A DNA stretch of 64,000 nucleotides, taken from the NCBI GenBank assembly GCA_036501845.1, contig DASXZO010000040.1, positions 22,568 through 86,567 of the forward strand. The letters are read 5' to 3'. Of the stretch, positions 61,251 through 64,000 are shown one piece after another. Position numbers and translations under genes: made by a program. The notes beneath the pieces were generated by a model. That model made no database searches, was not told where the DNA came from, and saw only the letters and a program-made list of their open reading frames with translations. Each line of letters opens with the position of its first letter. The stretch's first letter is position 1. This DNA is from Acidimicrobiia bacterium. Its GTDB lineage: Bacteria; Actinomycetota; Acidimicrobiia; IMCC26256; PALSA-610.

Positions 61251-62479
61251 TGGCCGGTGAGCTCGCCGTGTGGCTCTACGAGCAGTGCGTCGCGCTGATC
61301 GATCGCGACCGCGATCGACTTCGCCTCACGTACACCGACGAGGCACTCGACCGGTACCCGCTCGGGAGTCCCTTGCTCTCGTTGTCGATGCCAGTCGGAA
61401 ACCGCAGGTACACACAAGGGATCGTGCGCCCGTTCCTCGACGGGTTGCTCCCCGAGGGCGACAGCCGCGCGGCAATTGCGCGAGACGTCGGCGTGTCCCC
61501 GACCGACACGTACGGCCTCATTCGCGAATTGGGTCGCGACTGCGCGGGAGCGATCGTCGTGCAGCCAGCCGAGCAGTCGCGCCCGCAGCGGCCAACCACA
61601 ACGACCGCCGAGCCTCTCGACGACGAGACCCTCGCGCGGTTGGTCGGTGGCCTCCGGTCCGCCCCGCTCGGTGTCGATGGCCGCGTCCGTATCTCTCTGG
61701 CTGGCGTGCAGGAAAAGCTCGTGCTCACGAAGTTGGCGGACGGACGTTGGGGTCGTCCCGTCGACGGGACACCATCGACGCACATCCTCAAGCCGGAGAT
61801 CGCGACATTTCCACACACAGTCCAGAACGAAGCCTTCTGCATGCGGGTCGCACGCTATCTCGGACTCGTTGCCGCCAACGTCGAGACGACCCAGGTCGGA
61901 AATCGCCAGATGATCGTGGTCGAACGATTCGACCGCCGCGTCATCGCGAATAGCGATGTCGAACGCATCCATCAGGAAGACTTCTGCCAGGCCACAGGAA
62001 TCGCGCCCGAAGCCAAGTACGAAGCGAACGGAGGGCCCTCGCTTCGGCGAATCGCGGGAATCCTTGGCGAGGTCGCCGAGGCAGGCTCCGTGGATCGGCT
62101 TCTCGCCGCGACGACCGTCAACGCGCTACTCGGCAACGGCGACGCTCACGCCAAGAACTTCTCGCTGCTCCACAACCCATCTGGAGCGCTCACTCTTGCG
62201 CCCCTGTACGACCTGGTCTCGACGCTCTACTACGGCGACGATCGGCTGGCGATGTACGTCGACAATGTCCGGCGGATCGACCGCGTGACCGTCACACGGC
62301 TCGTCAACGAAGCCGTGTCATGGGGCGTCGCGCGCGACCGCGCAACCGGCGTGATCGGCGAGCTGCTCGACAAGGCGCCGGAGGCGATCGAGCGAGCGCG
62401 CGACGAGACCGCAGACCTTCCGGCAGGTGTCGTGGGGGCAGTCGAGCACCAGTTGCAGCAACTGCGCTCGGAGGGATGA
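61250..62479 (+). CDS. hipA: HipA-family serine/threonine kinase toxin
   Basis: ISLAGVQEKLVL, THILKPE and GNGDAHAKNFSLLH, with coupling to the upstream HTH gene. Confidence 0.85.
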   Translation: MAGELAVWLYEQCVALIDRDRDRLRLTYTDEALDRYPLGSPLLSLSMPVGNRRYTQGIVRPFLDGLLPEGDSRAAIARDVGVSPTDTYGLIRELGRDCAGAIVVQPAEQSRPQRPTTTTAEPLDDETLARLVGGLRSAPLGVDGRVRISLAGVQEKLVLTKLADGRWGRPVDGTPSTHILKPEIATFPHTVQNEAFCMRVARYLGLVAANVETTQVGNRQMIVVERFDRRVIANSDVERIHQEDFCQATGIAPEAKYEANGGPSLRRIAGILGEVAEAGSVDRLLAATTVNALLGNGDAHAKNFSLLHNPSGALTLAPLYDLVSTLYYGDDRLAMYVDNVRRIDRVTVTRLVNEAVSWGVARDRATGVIGELLDKAPEAIERARDETADLPAGVVGAVEHQLQQLRSEG

Positions 62480-62510
62480 CACGGAGCGCAGAAGCGACCG
62501 GCGTATTGCG

Positions 62511-63683
62511 CTACTCGAACAACGCGCCCGCGAACTCGGCGGGATCGAACTCGATGAGGTCGCCTACCTGCTCCCCGACCCCAACGAGTTTCACGGGAAG
62601 ATTCAGCTCGTCGTGGATGGCCAGCACGATGCCGCCTTTGGCCGTGCCGTCGAGCTTGGTGAGCGCGATGCCGGTGACCTCGACGGCTTCGGCGAATTGT
62701 TTGGCCTGCTGCAGGCCGTTCTGGCCGGTGGTGGCGTCGATCACGAGCAGCACTTCGCGCAGCGCGCCGGGCGTGCGGTCGACGATCCGCTTCAGCTTCT
62801 CGAGCTCGGCCATGAGGTTGCTCTTGGTGTGGAGCCGGCCGGCGGTGTCGACGAGGAGCAGGTCGGCGTTGCGGCTCGTGGCTGAGCTCATCGCGTCGAA
62901 TACCACGGAGCCGGGGTCGGCGCCTTCTTGGCCTCGCACGATCTCGGTGGCCGTGCGCTCGGCCCATTTCGTCAGCTGCTCGGCGGCAGCGGCGCGGAAT
63001 GTGTCACCGGCGGCGAGCACCACGCTCTTGCCGGCGTCGGCTTGTTGGGCGGCGAGCTTGCCGATCGTGGTGGTCTTGCCCACGCCGTTGACGCCCACGA
63101 ACATCCACACGGTGAGTTCGCCGTCGTTGAGCGCGAGGTCGCGCGACGCGCCGGCCTCGAGCAGCTTGGCGATCTCGTCACGCAGCAAGGCCACGACGCC
63201 GTCGGCCGCATCGACCTTGTCTTCGCCGGCGCGCCGTTTCACTTCAGCGAGCAGCTTTTCCGTGGTGTCGAGGCCCACGTCGGCGAGCAGCAGCGCCTCT
63301 TCGAGGTCGTCCCACGTCGACTGCTCCACGCGGTGCCCGGCGATGCCGCGCACATAGCCGGCAAGCGCCGATCGGGTGCGGCCGAGGCGGTCGCGCAGCC
63401 GCGGCTTGACGATCGGTTCGGCGACCTCGACCGGCGCCTCGACAGTCGGGACCTCGACCGGGGCCTCGACTGCCGGCTCGGCCGGAGGGGCCGCAACGTC
63501 TTGCTCGACCGGCGCGGGCGTCTGCGCCGGTGGCGCCTCGGGTGGCGGTGTGAGAACGGTGGCGATCGTGTCGCGCGGCGCAGGCGGCTCGCGACGCGCG
63601 GTGCGCGTACGCAGCAACACGGTGACGCTGAACGAGATCAGCGCCACCGCCAACACGACGATGAGCAGGATGGCGAGGGCCAT
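62511..63683 (-). CDS. ftsY: signal recognition particle receptor FtsY
   Basis: The protein has an N-terminal TM and a Pro/Ala/Glu linker. Motifs are FVGVNGVGKTTTIGKLA, VDTAGRL and LTKLDGTAKGG. Confidence 0.9.
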   Translation of the reverse strand: MALAILLIVVLAVALISFSVTVLLRTRTARREPPAPRDTIATVLTPPPEAPPAQTPAPVEQDVAAPPAEPAVEAPVEVPTVEAPVEVAEPIVKPRLRDRLGRTRSALAGYVRGIAGHRVEQSTWDDLEEALLLADVGLDTTEKLLAEVKRRAGEDKVDAADGVVALLRDEIAKLLEAGASRDLALNDGELTVWMFVGVNGVGKTTTIGKLAAQQADAGKSVVLAAGDTFRAAAAEQLTKWAERTATEIVRGQEGADPGSVVFDAMSSATSRNADLLLVDTAGRLHTKSNLMAELEKLKRIVDRTPGALREVLLVIDATTGQNGLQQAKQFAEAVEVTGIALTKLDGTAKGGIVLAIHDELNLPVKLVGVGEQVGDLIEFDPAEFAGALFE

Positions 63684-63692
63684 CCGCCGAAT

Positions 63693-64000
63693 CTACGGGT
63701 TGCCGGGCGTTTCCGACCCTCCGGACACCGACTCACGCCTCGAGAGGTTCGCCACGCGCACGATCGAACCGTTCGGCACGTGCCACACCACGCCTTGGTC
63801 GTCGCGCAACCGGGTCACCCGCAGGGTGAGCGATTCCACCGTGCCCGTGACCACGCCGGTGTCGACCACGTCACCCACACCGAATTGGTCCTCCGACACC
63901 ATGAAGCCGCCCGAGATCAGGTCGCGCAGCATGTTCTGGGCGCCGAAACCGAGGATCACCCCGGCGAGGCCGGCGCCGGCGAGGAGCGGCGCAAGGTTCA
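63693..64000 (-). CDS. mechanosensitive channel MscS family, C-terminal part (5' end beyond the window)
   Basis: The frame stays open to the window edge: ..LAPLLAGAGLAGVILGFGAQNMLRDLISGGFMVSEDQFGVGDVV..G.VESLTLRVTRLRD. The M in the ORF track is an internal GTG. Confidence 0.7.
   Translation of the reverse strand, partial: NLAPLLAGAGLAGVILGFGAQNMLRDLISGGFMVSEDQFGVGDVVDTGVVTGTVESLTLRVTRLRDDQGVVWHVPNGSIVRVANLSRRESVSGGSETPGNP

Overview
High-G+C chromosome segment whose core gene order looks like Actinomycetota. It splits into two parts.

(1) Positions 1 to about 37.6 kb form an accessory cell-envelope island. It holds a Wzy-type polysaccharide locus with five glycosyltransferases, four SAM methyltransferases, a hexapeptide acyltransferase, a nucleotide-sugar dehydrogenase, a TupA-like ATP-grasp ligase, two PLP enzymes, a fused Wzz/BY-tyrosine kinase and a polymerase-like membrane protein. 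Unusually, it also carries two sulfotransferases and two sulfatase-family proteins.

Inside this locus sits a tightly coupled seven-gene minus-strand operon (19.1-26.3 kb). In order it encodes a Tat-sulfatase with two PKD domains, a sulfotransferase, a Tat-signal surface protein with a C-terminal LPFSG sorting signal, a PqqD-like protein, an NTP_transf_5-type nucleotidyltransferase, an HPr-kinase-like P-loop protein and an 11-TM protein. This is the RiPP tailoring and recognition toolkit, but with no cyclase, protease or short precursor. It is my best candidate for an undescribed system.

The island ends with a secretome module (28.6-37.6 kb): a lipoprotein, a Ser/Thr-rich secreted protein, a DUF2723/TMEM260-like GT-C glycosyltransferase and two paralogous Sec-signal RTX-repeat proteins that share a Cys-bracketed Thr-rich C-terminal tail.

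(2) Positions 37.6-64 kb are conserved core: rseP, dxr, cdsA, frr, pyrH, tsf, rpsB, M23 peptidase, whiG, xerC, yifB, dprA, yraN, DUF2469, rplS, trmD, rimM, KH, rpsP, ffh, ftsY and a partial mscS. Small insertions interrupt it, including a hipBA module with three phased operator-like repeats.

Non-coding observations are an SD-sequestering leader upstream of the M23 peptidase and a 65-nt intergenic repeat present twice in opposite orientation. I saw no tRNA, rRNA, CRISPR array or transposase. All functional calls rest on motif recognition in the supplied translations, not on database searches.
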